Assembly: GCA_965219685.1 (NCBI GenBank)
Contig: CBDCOH010000002.1
Coordinates: forward strand, 1,440,001 to 1,504,000
From: Candidatus Spongiisociaceae bacterium
Lineage (GTDB): Bacteria; Actinomycetota; Acidimicrobiia; Spongiisociales; Spongiisociaceae
Direction of reading: 5' to 3'
DNA length: 64,000 bases
A model generated the notes under the pieces. That model did no database searches, was not told the DNA's origin, and worked only from the letters and a program-made list of their open reading frames with translations. The position numbers were made by a program, and so were the translations under genes. Below are positions 10,860 to 20,343 of this stretch, piece by piece; positions within the stretch are counted from its first letter, which is position 1; every line of letters starts with the position of its first letter.

Positions 10860-11494
10860 TCAAGGTTTTCGTGGTGGATGACCACCAACTGTTCCTCTCC
10901 GGGGTGAAGACCGAGCTTACGGGCCGCAACGGGATAACCCTGAGCGGCGCCGCCCAGGACGTGGACGAGGCCATCGACGAACTCCGCAAGGACCCGCCGG
11001 ACGTAGCTCTCGTGGACGTGCACATGCCGGGAGGGGGAGGCCTCGCCGTCGTGGAGAATATACGGGAGACCAACCCCGACGTGAAGTTCTTGGCGCTCTC
11101 CGTGTCGGACGCCGCGGAGGACGTGATCGCCATGATCCGGGCAGGCGCCCGAGGGTACGTGACCAAGTCCATCGGGCCCGATGAGTTGGCCGACGCGATA
11201 CGGCGGGTTCATGCGGGCGACGCGGTGTTCTCCCCCATGCTGGCCGGTTTCGTACTCGACCGGTTCGCGGCGAATGTGCCTCCGCCCTCCGATCCGGAAC
11301 TCGACCGGCTCACCGCCAGGGAGAAGGAGGTGCTGCGGCTCATAGCCCGCGGCTATCCCTACAAGCAGGTTGCCAAGCGGCTCTACATCAGCGTCAAGAC
11401 GGTAGAGTCCCACGTCTCGGCCGTGCTCCGGAAGCTACAGCTGTCCAGCAGGTACGAATTGGCCCACTGGGCGAGCAACCGCCGCATCGTCTGA
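10856..11494 (+). CDS. LuxR/NarL-family response regulator
   Basis: VVDDH, DVHMP receiver; LTAREKEVL...ISVKTVESHVS HTH. Confidence 0.95.
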   Translation: MIKVFVVDDHQLFLSGVKTELTGRNGITLSGAAQDVDEAIDELRKDPPDVALVDVHMPGGGGLAVVENIRETNPDVKFLALSVSDAAEDVIAMIRAGARGYVTKSIGPDELADAIRRVHAGDAVFSPMLAGFVLDRFAANVPPPSDPELDRLTAREKEVLRLIARGYPYKQVAKRLYISVKTVESHVSAVLRKLQLSSRYELAHWASNRRIV

Positions 11495-11508
11495 AGGTCC
11501 TACTCCGG

Positions 11509-12258
11509 CTAACCGAGCATTTCCCCGCGGTCCACCACCGCGACTGCTCCCGTAACGGAGTCGTTGGTGATCAGCCCAATCATGGTACTGACCACGTCCT
11601 CCACCGGTACCAAGGGAACCGCACCGGCCCGGATCTCCTCGGCGCGGTCGGGCGGAACGTAGCGGTCGATCCATTCCGTGAGCATCCATCCCGGCGCCAC
11701 CGCGTTCACCTGCACGGCCGGCGCCAGCGCCCGGGCAAGGCAACGGGTGAGCGACACCAGCGCCGCCTTCGACACCACGTACGGGATGGAGCTGCCCGCA
11801 TCGGTGAGAGCCGAGTTGGAAGCCACGTTGACGATCTTGCCGGTCCCCCGCGCCTGCATCCCGGGCCCGACCGCCTGCGAGCACAGGAAAGCGCCCGCCA
11901 CGTTGACATCCATGATCCGTCGCCAGATGTCCGCGGTGACACCGTCCAGATCGGAAGACGGAACGTAGTGGGTGATCCCCGCATTGTTGACCAGGATGTC
12001 GACCGGCCCCAAGGCCTCTTCCACCGATGCGACCATGAAGGAGACGGCGTCACCGTCGGTCACGTCGGCCCGGACCGCGATGGATCGCCCTCCCCCGTCC
12101 TCGATCTCGCCGACGACCTGTTCAGCTGCCTCGCGCGACCTCGAGTAGTTGACCGCTACATGCACGCCACGCCGCGCCAGCCCGAGCGCCGTTTGGCATC
12201 CGAGACCCGTGCCGCCACCCGTGATCAGTGCCACCCGCCCGTCCAAGTCCATCGCCAC
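11509..12258 (-). CDS. SDR-family oxidoreductase
   Basis: TGGGTGLG, NNAG, YVVSK, NAVAPG. Confidence 0.92.
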   Translation of the reverse strand: MAMDLDGRVALITGGGTGLGCQTALGLARRGVHVAVNYSRSREAAEQVVGEIEDGGGRSIAVRADVTDGDAVSFMVASVEEALGPVDILVNNAGITHYVPSSDLDGVTADIWRRIMDVNVAGAFLCSQAVGPGMQARGTGKIVNVASNSALTDAGSSIPYVVSKAALVSLTRCLARALAPAVQVNAVAPGWMLTEWIDRYVPPDRAEEIRAGAVPLVPVEDVVSTMIGLITNDSVTGAVAVVDRGEMLG

Positions 12259-12317
12259 CTCCTCGGTGCTAGTTGTAATCTATCGAAGATAGTTCCACTC
12301 CACTGATACACTCCCGT

Positions 12318-13445
12318 GTGTCACAGGCGAGGACCACAACCATGGGCCTACAAGATCATCCTGAGTGGCTCATCAATCGTCTCGAAAGCTTGCCCGACCA
12401 GGCGGATCCAGCATACGAGAAAGCGGCTCGCCGCGTTTGGGACCTCCATGACCTTGCCGGGGAGGCCGAACAGGATGACGTATTGAAACAATCCCTGGCT
12501 GCTCTCGAGAAACAGTTCCTCCGTGAACTGGTTTGGAGCCACCAAGCCACCTTGGACGCCGATGTATTGAGGGATATCGCCGACGACGACACCCTGCCCC
12601 TCGACCGCCGGTTCAACGCATATTTCGTCTGGCAGACAGCCCTATGGCGACGCTACGACCACAGGGAATTTCGAAATAACGTCCATAACTACAGCGAGGT
12701 ATTCTCAAGCCTGCCGATGTTCGACCATCAGCAGGCAATGGCACTGCTGAGCCAATCAGATCGACCTAGTCTTCAGGAAGCTCTCCGTTACGCTCGAGAC
12801 GCCCGTGGCAAAGTTCCCTCGTCGCCGGGGGTGCTGAACTTGTTGGCTGAAATAGTTGCGGAGATGGGCGAACGATACCCGGATACCATCGGTGAGGATG
12901 ATATCTCCGATGCGCTCGATTCGATAGGGGAGGCAATCGCTATCAACCGGCGGTACGGAAAGTACTTCGCAAACCGTGCCCGGCTCCTCGCTTTGGAGGA
13001 CAGATACGACGAGGCCGCCCGTGACATCCGGACCGCGATAGAGATCGAGCCGAGCAGCGACAGCACCATCTACGCAATGCGCGTGGCGCGTTATGACTTT
13101 ATCCGGTCACGTATCGAAGACCGTCAACAGCAACGTGAGTGGCTGGACGAACAGCGAAGGGTTCGCGACGAGGTTCGACGAACCAGATCGGAAACGATGG
13201 TGATGCTTGGCCTGCTGGCAGCAGTGGTCGGGTTCATAGTTACGGGATTCGACATAGCAACCGACTACGAACCGCTTGATGCTGCTGCGCTGATTGGAGT
13301 ACTGGCGGGATCGCTACTCATCGTGTTCACAGGCTTCGGTGAACTGGTCCGGTTCAGCCATAGTCTTAGAGCCCGTACTATCTCGGTCTTGGCCGTCGGA
13401 TTGGCGTTGATAGCGGTCTCGGCTGCCGTAATATGGGCGCTGTAG
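12318..13445 (+). CDS. Hypothetical TPR-like helical protein with three C-terminal TM helices
   Basis: TPR-like segments (AIAINRRYGKYFANRARLLALEDRYDEAARDIRTAIEIEP), a coiled coil, then 3 hydrophobic helices; lower GC; TACACT -10 just upstream. Confidence 0.75.
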   Translation: MSQARTTTMGLQDHPEWLINRLESLPDQADPAYEKAARRVWDLHDLAGEAEQDDVLKQSLAALEKQFLRELVWSHQATLDADVLRDIADDDTLPLDRRFNAYFVWQTALWRRYDHREFRNNVHNYSEVFSSLPMFDHQQAMALLSQSDRPSLQEALRYARDARGKVPSSPGVLNLLAEIVAEMGERYPDTIGEDDISDALDSIGEAIAINRRYGKYFANRARLLALEDRYDEAARDIRTAIEIEPSSDSTIYAMRVARYDFIRSRIEDRQQQREWLDEQRRVRDEVRRTRSETMVMLGLLAAVVGFIVTGFDIATDYEPLDAAALIGVLAGSLLIVFTGFGELVRFSHSLRARTISVLAVGLALIAVSAAVIWAL

Positions 13446-14302
13446 CAGTGGATCGACCGAAAGCCATGCCGGGACTCGTCACGCTGGACCAGGTCAGTGT
13501 CGGGGGTTCGTCACGCCCCTTCAACGAAGACGCCCTCGGTTGGACACGGACCGCTGCCTGGGTGGTCGACGGCGCCACCTCGCTCGACGCAAGCCGCGAC
13601 TGGGCTCAGACGAGCGCTAGGTGGATGGCAACCACCACCAGCAGCCTCTTAGCCGAGCTTAGCCTCCGGCCCGGACCGGGCGCCCGGGAATTGATCGATG
13701 GCGTTGTCGAAGGCTTGGCCGCCGGATGGATCGAGATCGCCGGAGACGAGCCACACCTGTTGCCTCCTGCCGGCTCGCTCGGTCTCGTCGTCTACGACAT
13801 CGAACACGACCGGCTGCAGCTGACTACCGTTGGAGATTGTGTGATCGTGTGGTCGTCACCCAAGCGCGGTGACGAAGCGGTCGTGACCGACACTGCCATC
13901 GCCACCGCTGAGGAGAGCCATGGTCGGCATGTGGCACGGTCCAAGCCATCCGCCAAGACACTGAATGCTGAGTTGATCAGAAACCGTCGAAGGTACCTGG
14001 AGGGCGAGCCAGGCTGGATCCTCAGCGCGAATCCACGACTCACGAAAGCTGTGATGCCACTGGTTGTGGACGATCCGGTGGGTGACGTGATCCTCATCGC
14101 ATCGGACGGCTTCGCGAGGTCCATAGCCCTTCCCGACTTCCATAACTCGTGGAGCACCCTGGTAAAGGCCGCTTGGTCGATGGGCTTGGCCTCGGTCTTG
14201 CGAGAACTCCGTACCCACGAGCGCGAGATGCCGTCGTTCAGTGCCGGAAGATATAAGACCTCGGACGACGCCTCGGCATTACTGCTCCAAGTTCGCGATT
14301 AG
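13433..14302 (+). CDS. Protein phosphatase 2C-like domain protein
   Basis: NEDA, VVDGAT, VGDC, IASDGF, SDDAS metal-binding motifs. Confidence 0.8.
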   Translation: MGAVAVDRPKAMPGLVTLDQVSVGGSSRPFNEDALGWTRTAAWVVDGATSLDASRDWAQTSARWMATTTSSLLAELSLRPGPGARELIDGVVEGLAAGWIEIAGDEPHLLPPAGSLGLVVYDIEHDRLQLTTVGDCVIVWSSPKRGDEAVVTDTAIATAEESHGRHVARSKPSAKTLNAELIRNRRRYLEGEPGWILSANPRLTKAVMPLVVDDPVGDVILIASDGFARSIALPDFHNSWSTLVKAAWSMGLASVLRELRTHEREMPSFSAGRYKTSDDASALLLQVRD

Positions 14303-14386
14303 AACCCCGTCGAGCCCAACGGTCGAAAGAGCTACTCCCCGATGGGTAGGTTCTACAGAGCCTCTCCGTTGAAGTCATGCCACGGA

Positions 14387-15523
14387 TTACCCAAAAGCGT
14401 CGATCCCTGTCAGAAGGCGATCCACATCCTCCGGGGTGTTGTAGAGGTGGGGATCCGCCCGCACCCTGTCATCCTCCGGGTAGCCCCAAACATCCACGCC
14501 GAGTTTCCGGAGGTATCGACATAGTGGCACGGCGCCTGGGAAGTGGAACGCCACCACTCCGGCTCGCTGTTGGGGGGAAGGCGGGGTCAGCACCTCTATG
14601 CCCCGTTCGGTCAGCCCGTCGATCATCTGCCCCGCCAGTTCCAGGACGTGCCGCTCGATGGCAGGGATGCCTGCCTCGAGGATTATGTCCAATCCTCTAC
14701 GAGCCGCTGCTATCCCCGGCAGGTCGGCCAGTCCGATCTCGTGGCGGATCGAGCCCGAGCCGTGCACCAGGCTGCCGGGACCTCCGGATCGGTCATCCAA
14801 ATGGGAACCGATGTAGCCGACATGGGGCGGTGGCAACGCCTCGATGTGCTCTCTCCGGGCATAGAGGAAACCCAGGCCGGGCGGGCCGAGCAGCCACTTC
14901 ATCAGCGTTCCGCTCATGAAGTCGATACCCTCGCCGTCCGCGTCGATGGGAACGGCGCCGGCCGACTGGGCGGCGTCGACGATGAGGTAACCGCCGCAAT
15001 CACGCGTGAGTCCGGCCAGCCTCCTGAGATCGTGCCGGAATCCGGTGCGGGCGTCCACATGAGACACCAGCACCGCGATGGTGTGCTCGTCCACGAGGCT
15101 CTCGATCCCGGTCGTCCAGGTGGAGGTAGGTCCTGCGGGAACCGCGCGGACCTCGACCTTGCCGCGGTTTGGCAGCAGCCAGGGCCAGACTGCGCTCGGA
15201 TGGGAGGTCGGGTCTGTCACTATGTTGGCGCCCGGAGGCGGTGCGATCATCTGGACCGCTAGGTTCGACCCCCTGGACGTGTTGTCGATGATGGCGATCT
15301 CGGCAGGATCGGCGCCCAACACGGCGGCTAGGCGACTCTTCAGGATCTTCCACTCGTCGAAGTACCGGGCCCGGTGATACGCAGGATCGAACATCCAGCG
15401 ATCGGTCCACTGATCGAGAGCTGCCCTGACCGGTATGGCCGCCGGGGCGAGACCCCCCGCGAAGAGGTAGGCGCGAGTCTCGGTGATGGGGAAAAGGGGC
15501 CGGAAACGCTCGGTCAGGCCCAC
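14387..15523 (-). CDS. Aminotransferase class V (selenocysteine lyase/cysteine desulfurase-like)
   Basis: VDAAQSAG, KWLLGPPGLGFLY PLP lysine, HLYNTPEDVD. Confidence 0.88.
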   Translation of the reverse strand: MGLTERFRPLFPITETRAYLFAGGLAPAAIPVRAALDQWTDRWMFDPAYHRARYFDEWKILKSRLAAVLGADPAEIAIIDNTSRGSNLAVQMIAPPPGANIVTDPTSHPSAVWPWLLPNRGKVEVRAVPAGPTSTWTTGIESLVDEHTIAVLVSHVDARTGFRHDLRRLAGLTRDCGGYLIVDAAQSAGAVPIDADGEGIDFMSGTLMKWLLGPPGLGFLYARREHIEALPPPHVGYIGSHLDDRSGGPGSLVHGSGSIRHEIGLADLPGIAAARRGLDIILEAGIPAIERHVLELAGQMIDGLTERGIEVLTPPSPQQRAGVVAFHFPGAVPLCRYLRKLGVDVWGYPEDDRVRADPHLYNTPEDVDRLLTGIDAFG

Positions 15524-17088
15524 GCCGGGACCTCGACCAACGTCGGGCCGTCCGCTACCAGGGCACCCTCCACGGCGGTCATCAGTTCCTCGGGCTCGTG
15601 CACGCGCGCAAACGCGGCGCCGTAGGCAGCGGCCAGGGTCGCAAGGTCCGGCACGTGGAGATCGGTGGCGAACGGCTCGTACCCGCGCTCACGCATCAGG
15701 CGATCTATCTCACCGAACGCCCGGTCGTTCCAGATGACCACCGGAACAGCCAACCGGTGTTGGGCGGCCACCATCAACTCCGACATGGTGAACATGAAAC
15801 CGCCGTCTCCGGCGAGGGCCGCCACCGCCCGCTCGGGCCGGGCGATCTTGGCGCCGATCGCCGCAGGCAGCGCGTATCCCAACGTCCCCAGACCGGACGG
15901 ATTCATCCACGTCCGCGGTCCGGGAAGGTCGTAGAAGGGGTAGGCGCCGAAGCCGGCGACCATCGCCACATCCAGGGCGAGGGTGGACTCGGCGGGCATG
16001 GCCTTGCGGAGAGCCCTGATCCACGGTAGGTAGGACCGGCCCATGACCAGTGCCTCCTTCTCCGCCACAGCTCGAGCTTGCTCGGCGCGGGAAGCACCCC
16101 GCCTTGAACCTCTGCCGGTGACGGAGTCGAGAAGCATCGTCAAGGCTGCCCCGGCATCCCCCACCACCGGTGCGTCGACCGGGTGGTTCCGCCCGATCTG
16201 CTCAGGATCGATATCGACTTGGACCAGCCTCCCGCTCAACTGCAGGGGTCCCGTCCAGAAGTCGGCCGGGCTGAGTTCCGTCCCCACGGCCAGCACGACG
16301 TCGCACTCCTCGAGGAAGCGAGTCACCGAGCGGTAGATCACCAGAGAAGCCTCCAGGGGATGGCCACCCGGCACGACTCCCTTGCCGTTGAGCGTGGTCA
16401 CGATCGGGGCATCCAGACGTTCGGCGAGCGCGAGCAGTTCGCCGGCCGCCTGCTGGGCTCCACCACCCGCCACGATGGCCGGAGTTGCGGCCGAGTTGAG
16501 CAGATCGACCGCCCGTTCGAGGGCGTCCCCATCGGGCGTGGAAGGGGTCCCGGTCGGCGCGTCCGGGACATGGAGTGGGGTCGCCGCCTCCTGCACGTCA
16601 ACGGGAATGGCCAGACTCACGGGCCGGGGCCGTCCGTTCCCGAACCTGCGGAACGCGTCGTGTACGGCTCGTCCCACTTCGTCTGGCGACAGGATGAGCC
16701 GGTTCTCGTCGGTGATACCGGCCAGCACGCTCTCCTGCGAGCGGAGTTCGTGGGAGTGGCCCCGACCGCGCCCTATGTCCTCGCTGACGATGTGAGCCGT
16801 GATGCACAGCACCGGGACGGAGTCGGAGTACGCCTCGGCGATCGCGGTGGCGGCGTTCGTAACCCCCGGACCGGTCGTGACGATGCACACGCCCGTCCTG
16901 CCGGTCACCCTCGCGTATCCGTCCGCCATGAACGCGGCGCCCTGTTCGTGAGTGGTGGTGACGTGCGCGATGTCGGGTGCCTCACCCAGCGCCCGGTAGA
17001 TCTCGAGGGTGTGGGTGCTGGGGATGCCGAAGACATGCCGGACACGGTTCGCCCGGAGCGATTCGATCAATGCCTCGGCGCCGGTCAT
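15514..17088 (-). CDS. ThDP-dependent enzyme, 5-guanidino-2-oxopentanoate decarboxylase (AruI)-like
   Basis: VFGIP..HT, HEQGAAFMADGYAR, GPGVTN, GRGHSHEL, GDGGFMF...N ThDP motif. Confidence 0.8.
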   Translation of the reverse strand: MTGAEALIESLRANRVRHVFGIPSTHTLEIYRALGEAPDIAHVTTTHEQGAAFMADGYARVTGRTGVCIVTTGPGVTNAATAIAEAYSDSVPVLCITAHIVSEDIGRGRGHSHELRSQESVLAGITDENRLILSPDEVGRAVHDAFRRFGNGRPRPVSLAIPVDVQEAATPLHVPDAPTGTPSTPDGDALERAVDLLNSAATPAIVAGGGAQQAAGELLALAERLDAPIVTTLNGKGVVPGGHPLEASLVIYRSVTRFLEECDVVLAVGTELSPADFWTGPLQLSGRLVQVDIDPEQIGRNHPVDAPVVGDAGAALTMLLDSVTGRGSRRGASRAEQARAVAEKEALVMGRSYLPWIRALRKAMPAESTLALDVAMVAGFGAYPFYDLPGPRTWMNPSGLGTLGYALPAAIGAKIARPERAVAALAGDGGFMFTMSELMVAAQHRLAVPVVIWNDRAFGEIDRLMRERGYEPFATDLHVPDLATLAAAYGAAFARVHEPEELMTAVEGALVADGPTLVEVPAWA

Positions 17089-17118
17089 CGTGGACTTCTC
17101 CCCGGGTAGGCTCGGCGG

Positions 17119-18714
17119 ATGGTCGACCTTCTCCTGCGGAACGCGACGATCTACCCCGGCGATGCCGAGCCTTGGCCGGGAGATGTCGCAATCGACAACG
17201 GCGTCATAGTAGCGATGGGGGCCGGCCTGCGGCCCGAAGCCGACCGGACCATCGACCTCGATGGGCTATCACTGGCGCCGGGATTCGTCGACATGCACGC
17301 CCACAGCGCCCTGCGCTCCTTCGACGATCCCCTTCTCACCCCGAAGCTTCTCCAGGGCTTCACCACCGAACTCATAAACCCCGACGGGATGGGTCCGGCA
17401 CCCGTTACCGATGAGCGGCTCGCCGACCGGATGACTCAGTTGGGGCTCTCGGAAGGCCCCGGCCCGCCGGAGTGGCCTTGGAGATCCATCGGCGAGTACC
17501 TGGACGAACTGGAGCGAACGCGACCCTCCATCACCCTGTGTCCGTTCGTACCCCACGGCGCGGTACGTGACGCAGTGCTCGGCGGGGCGCAGCGGGCACC
17601 GCGTTCCGACGAGCTCAGGGCCATGCGGCGCGAGGTCGCCCGAGGCATGGAGGCAGGGGCATGGGGGATCTCCTTCGGCTTGGTGTACACCCCGGGCGCC
17701 TATGCGGATCGCGACGAGGTCGTTGCCGTCTCGTCGGAGGCCGCGAGGTTCGGCGGGCTGATCTCGGTTCACATGCGGGGCGAGAGCCACAACCTGCTGG
17801 AGGCGGTGGAGGAGATGATGGACGTGTCCCGCCGGAGCGGAGCTCCCCTCCACCTCTCACATCTGAAGGTTCTCGGGCGTCGCAACGCCTGGAAGCTGGA
17901 GCCTCTGCTCGAGATGATCGACCGGGCGCCCGCGGACGGAGTCGACGTCAGCTTCGACCAGTATCCCTACGGCGCCGGAGTGACCCTCCTCTCCGCTCTG
18001 CTGCCCCCGTGGGCACACGACGGGGGCGTGGAGCAGATGACTACTCGACTGCGGGACCGTTCCACCGCGGATCGCCTCGTCGGCGCGCTGGGCGACCCGG
18101 ATGCCGGCCCGGAGAGCTTCTACTACCAGTGCGGCCCGGACGGGATCGTGGTGATCGACTGCGGCCACGACGGACCCCGTGACGTGGTAGGCCGCACGCT
18201 CGCCGAGATCGCCTCGGCCCGCGATGTCGAACCCGAGCAGGTAGTCGTCGACCTGTTGCTGGAAACCGGGATGAGCGCCCTGGTCATCCTGCATTACGCC
18301 GACGAATCGGTTGTCAGGGCAATCGCACGTCACCCGGCGATGCTGGTGGGCAGCGATGCGGTATTCGCCAGAACCCCCCATCCGAGGCTCTGGGGCACCG
18401 CACCCAGGTTCCTGGGCCGGTACGCGATCGGGGAACGGCTCGTGGACGTACGCGAAGCAATCGCCCGGCTCTCGTTCCGGGCAGCCCGCCGGGTAGGGCT
18501 GAACGACCGTGGTGAGATCGCAGAGGGCAAGCGGGCCGACCTGGTCGCCTTCGACCCGGACCGGGTGATCGACCGGGCAACCTACGACGAACCCGAACTG
18601 CCACCTTCGGGGATCGACTGGGTCATCGTGGGAGGGAAGGTGGCGGTGGACCGGAACGGCCCCACCGGAGTCCGCCGGGGCCACGTAGCCCGAAGGAACG
18701 CAGCCGGGTTCTGA
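17119..18714 (+). CDS. N-acyl-D-amino-acid deacylase (D-aminoacylase)
   Basis: PGFVDMHAHS, SHLK, FDQYPY, VGSD, PHPRLWGT, RADLVAFDP. Confidence 0.88.
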   Translation: MVDLLLRNATIYPGDAEPWPGDVAIDNGVIVAMGAGLRPEADRTIDLDGLSLAPGFVDMHAHSALRSFDDPLLTPKLLQGFTTELINPDGMGPAPVTDERLADRMTQLGLSEGPGPPEWPWRSIGEYLDELERTRPSITLCPFVPHGAVRDAVLGGAQRAPRSDELRAMRREVARGMEAGAWGISFGLVYTPGAYADRDEVVAVSSEAARFGGLISVHMRGESHNLLEAVEEMMDVSRRSGAPLHLSHLKVLGRRNAWKLEPLLEMIDRAPADGVDVSFDQYPYGAGVTLLSALLPPWAHDGGVEQMTTRLRDRSTADRLVGALGDPDAGPESFYYQCGPDGIVVIDCGHDGPRDVVGRTLAEIASARDVEPEQVVVDLLLETGMSALVILHYADESVVRAIARHPAMLVGSDAVFARTPHPRLWGTAPRFLGRYAIGERLVDVREAIARLSFRAARRVGLNDRGEIAEGKRADLVAFDPDRVIDRATYDEPELPPSGIDWVIVGGKVAVDRNGPTGVRRGHVARRNAAGF

Positions 18715-18757
18715 CTGGAATCCAGTCCACCCGCCTGCAAGTTGCCCAAGCGGAGGA

Positions 18758-19411
18758 TCACCCGAACAGCGCCCTGGCGATCTCCGGCTGGCGGCGTTGC
18801 CAGTACCGAGCCACGGTTTCGGGCAAGCGCGGTTGGCCGAGGCTCGCCGAGAGCCAAGGATCATCGGCCACGTCGCTGAAGGACCCCAGCGCCCGGACGA
18901 GGTGATAGACGCTCTGGTGCGTGCTGTCGACTCCGTATCGCAGGCAATACCAATCGAGCATCGCCATCGCGTCCGTATCCCCCATCACCTCGATGCACAT
19001 GAGGTCGTAGTAGTCGCGCAACTCTCCCCGATCTCCTACGACCTTCAACTTGGTGGCGGCCACGTCGGGGAACGATCCAACGACCATCTCGCCGACCTTC
19101 CGACCACGCTCGATCCTGTGCTGTCCGGTTGCCGAGAGAAACTGGATCTTGACCTCACCGAAGACACAGTTGAGCGTGCCCTCCGACCGGTACTCCGATG
19201 CCACCGGTCCATGTCGCTGCAGGCTCTCGAGCAAGACCCCGGGGTCGAAAGGAGCGTGGACGAAAATGTCCAGATCCTCCGACTGGCGATGTTCGAGGTA
19301 TGTGGCCAGAGCCGTCCCACCCATGAGCTCTCCCGAGGGCGGCGACAACGAACCCACCAGATCCCAGATCTCCAGCATGGCGGGGGTCAGAATCCCGTCA
19401 GCGACGGGCAT
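18758..19411 (-). CDS. AbiEii/AbiGii-family nucleotidyltransferase toxin
   Basis: LMGGTALA..HRQSEDLDIF, ATKL...RGELRDYYDL motifs. Confidence 0.85.
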   Translation of the reverse strand: MPVADGILTPAMLEIWDLVGSLSPPSGELMGGTALATYLEHRQSEDLDIFVHAPFDPGVLLESLQRHGPVASEYRSEGTLNCVFGEVKIQFLSATGQHRIERGRKVGEMVVGSFPDVAATKLKVVGDRGELRDYYDLMCIEVMGDTDAMAMLDWYCLRYGVDSTHQSVYHLVRALGSFSDVADDPWLSASLGQPRLPETVARYWQRRQPEIARALFG

Positions 19412-19646
19412 CGATAGCGTTGCAGATCAGGTCTCGCGTGACCGGCTTGGTGGATCGCAGGGTCAAGCAGTACTCGAGCGCCTCGGTAGGTAGATGGACC
19501 GAGGCCCATATCGCTGCATCCGGCCAAGGCCCGTTGAACATTCGTCCTGCCACGTACTCGGAGTCGTCGGGCAGGCGGAGCAGGCCGGGGTCGGGGTGGT
19601 TCCAGAAGGACTTCCAGAACCTCTCAGGTATACGTCTCATACTCAA
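19398..19646 (-). CDS. Small putative antitoxin (DUF6922-like) upstream of the AbiEii toxin
   Basis: IP..FWKSFWN.PDP.LL.L..D..YVAGRM..G....AIW pattern; overlaps the toxin start; TAACAT -10 upstream. Confidence 0.65.
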   Translation of the reverse strand: MSMRRIPERFWKSFWNHPDPGLLRLPDDSEYVAGRMFNGPWPDAAIWASVHLPTEALEYCLTLRSTKPVTRDLICNAIDARR

Positions 19647-19784
19647 TACATATGTTACCTGACATCGGGTATTAGATCAGCTCCACCCATCCCGGCAGAA
19701 GCCGGGTTCGATCCGCCCCTGTGTACCTCCGCAGTCCGAGCACCGTCCGCCGGCGTGCCCCTGCAAAGCGCAGTCGGTCGGGCG

Positions 19785-20301
19785 TACTGCTAGGGTGCCG
19801 GACGCAGTGCGTAACTTCGACCTGATGATCATCGGCACCGGATCCGGAAACTCGGTGATCGGACCGGAACACGACGGTTGGGACATCGCCATCGTGGAGC
19901 GGGGCCTGTTCGGCGGCACCTGCCTGAACGTGGGCTGCATACCTTCGAAGATGTTCGTCTACGCGGCGGAGATGGCCGAACTGGCAGCCGACAGCGAACG
20001 GCTGGGCGTACGAACCCGCTTCGACGGCGCCGACTGGCCATCCATCCGTGACCGCGTGTTCGGCCGTATCGACCCCATCGCCGCGGGCGGCCGCACCTAC
20101 AGGGAGGAACTCCCCAACGTGACTGTCTACCCCGGAACCGGGCGGTTCGTCCGTTCGAAAGGTGTAACCGTGTGCGACTCGGTCGTCACCACCGAACCGA
20201 TCGTCATAACGCCGGGAGGACGACCCACCGTACCCCCGTGCCGTGCTCAGCCGACTGCGCCTACCACATGTCGGACATACCGCGCATCGAGAAAGAAGTG
20301 A
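19785..20301 (+). pseudogene. mtr: Truncated 5' duplicate of mycothione reductase
   Basis: Near-identical to 22333 onward for about 120 codons, then progressive decay, a frameshift and a stop. Confidence 0.9.
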
Positions 20302-20343
20302 ACGCGCTACCCACTCATAAACATCGAACTACGGTATGATCCT

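Noticed and set aside
12250-12290. Possible duplicate of the aminotransferase 3' end (14416-14445) flanking the TPR-PP2C insert
   Set aside because: The match is short and gapped and overlaps the SDR ribosome-binding site, so it may be chance.
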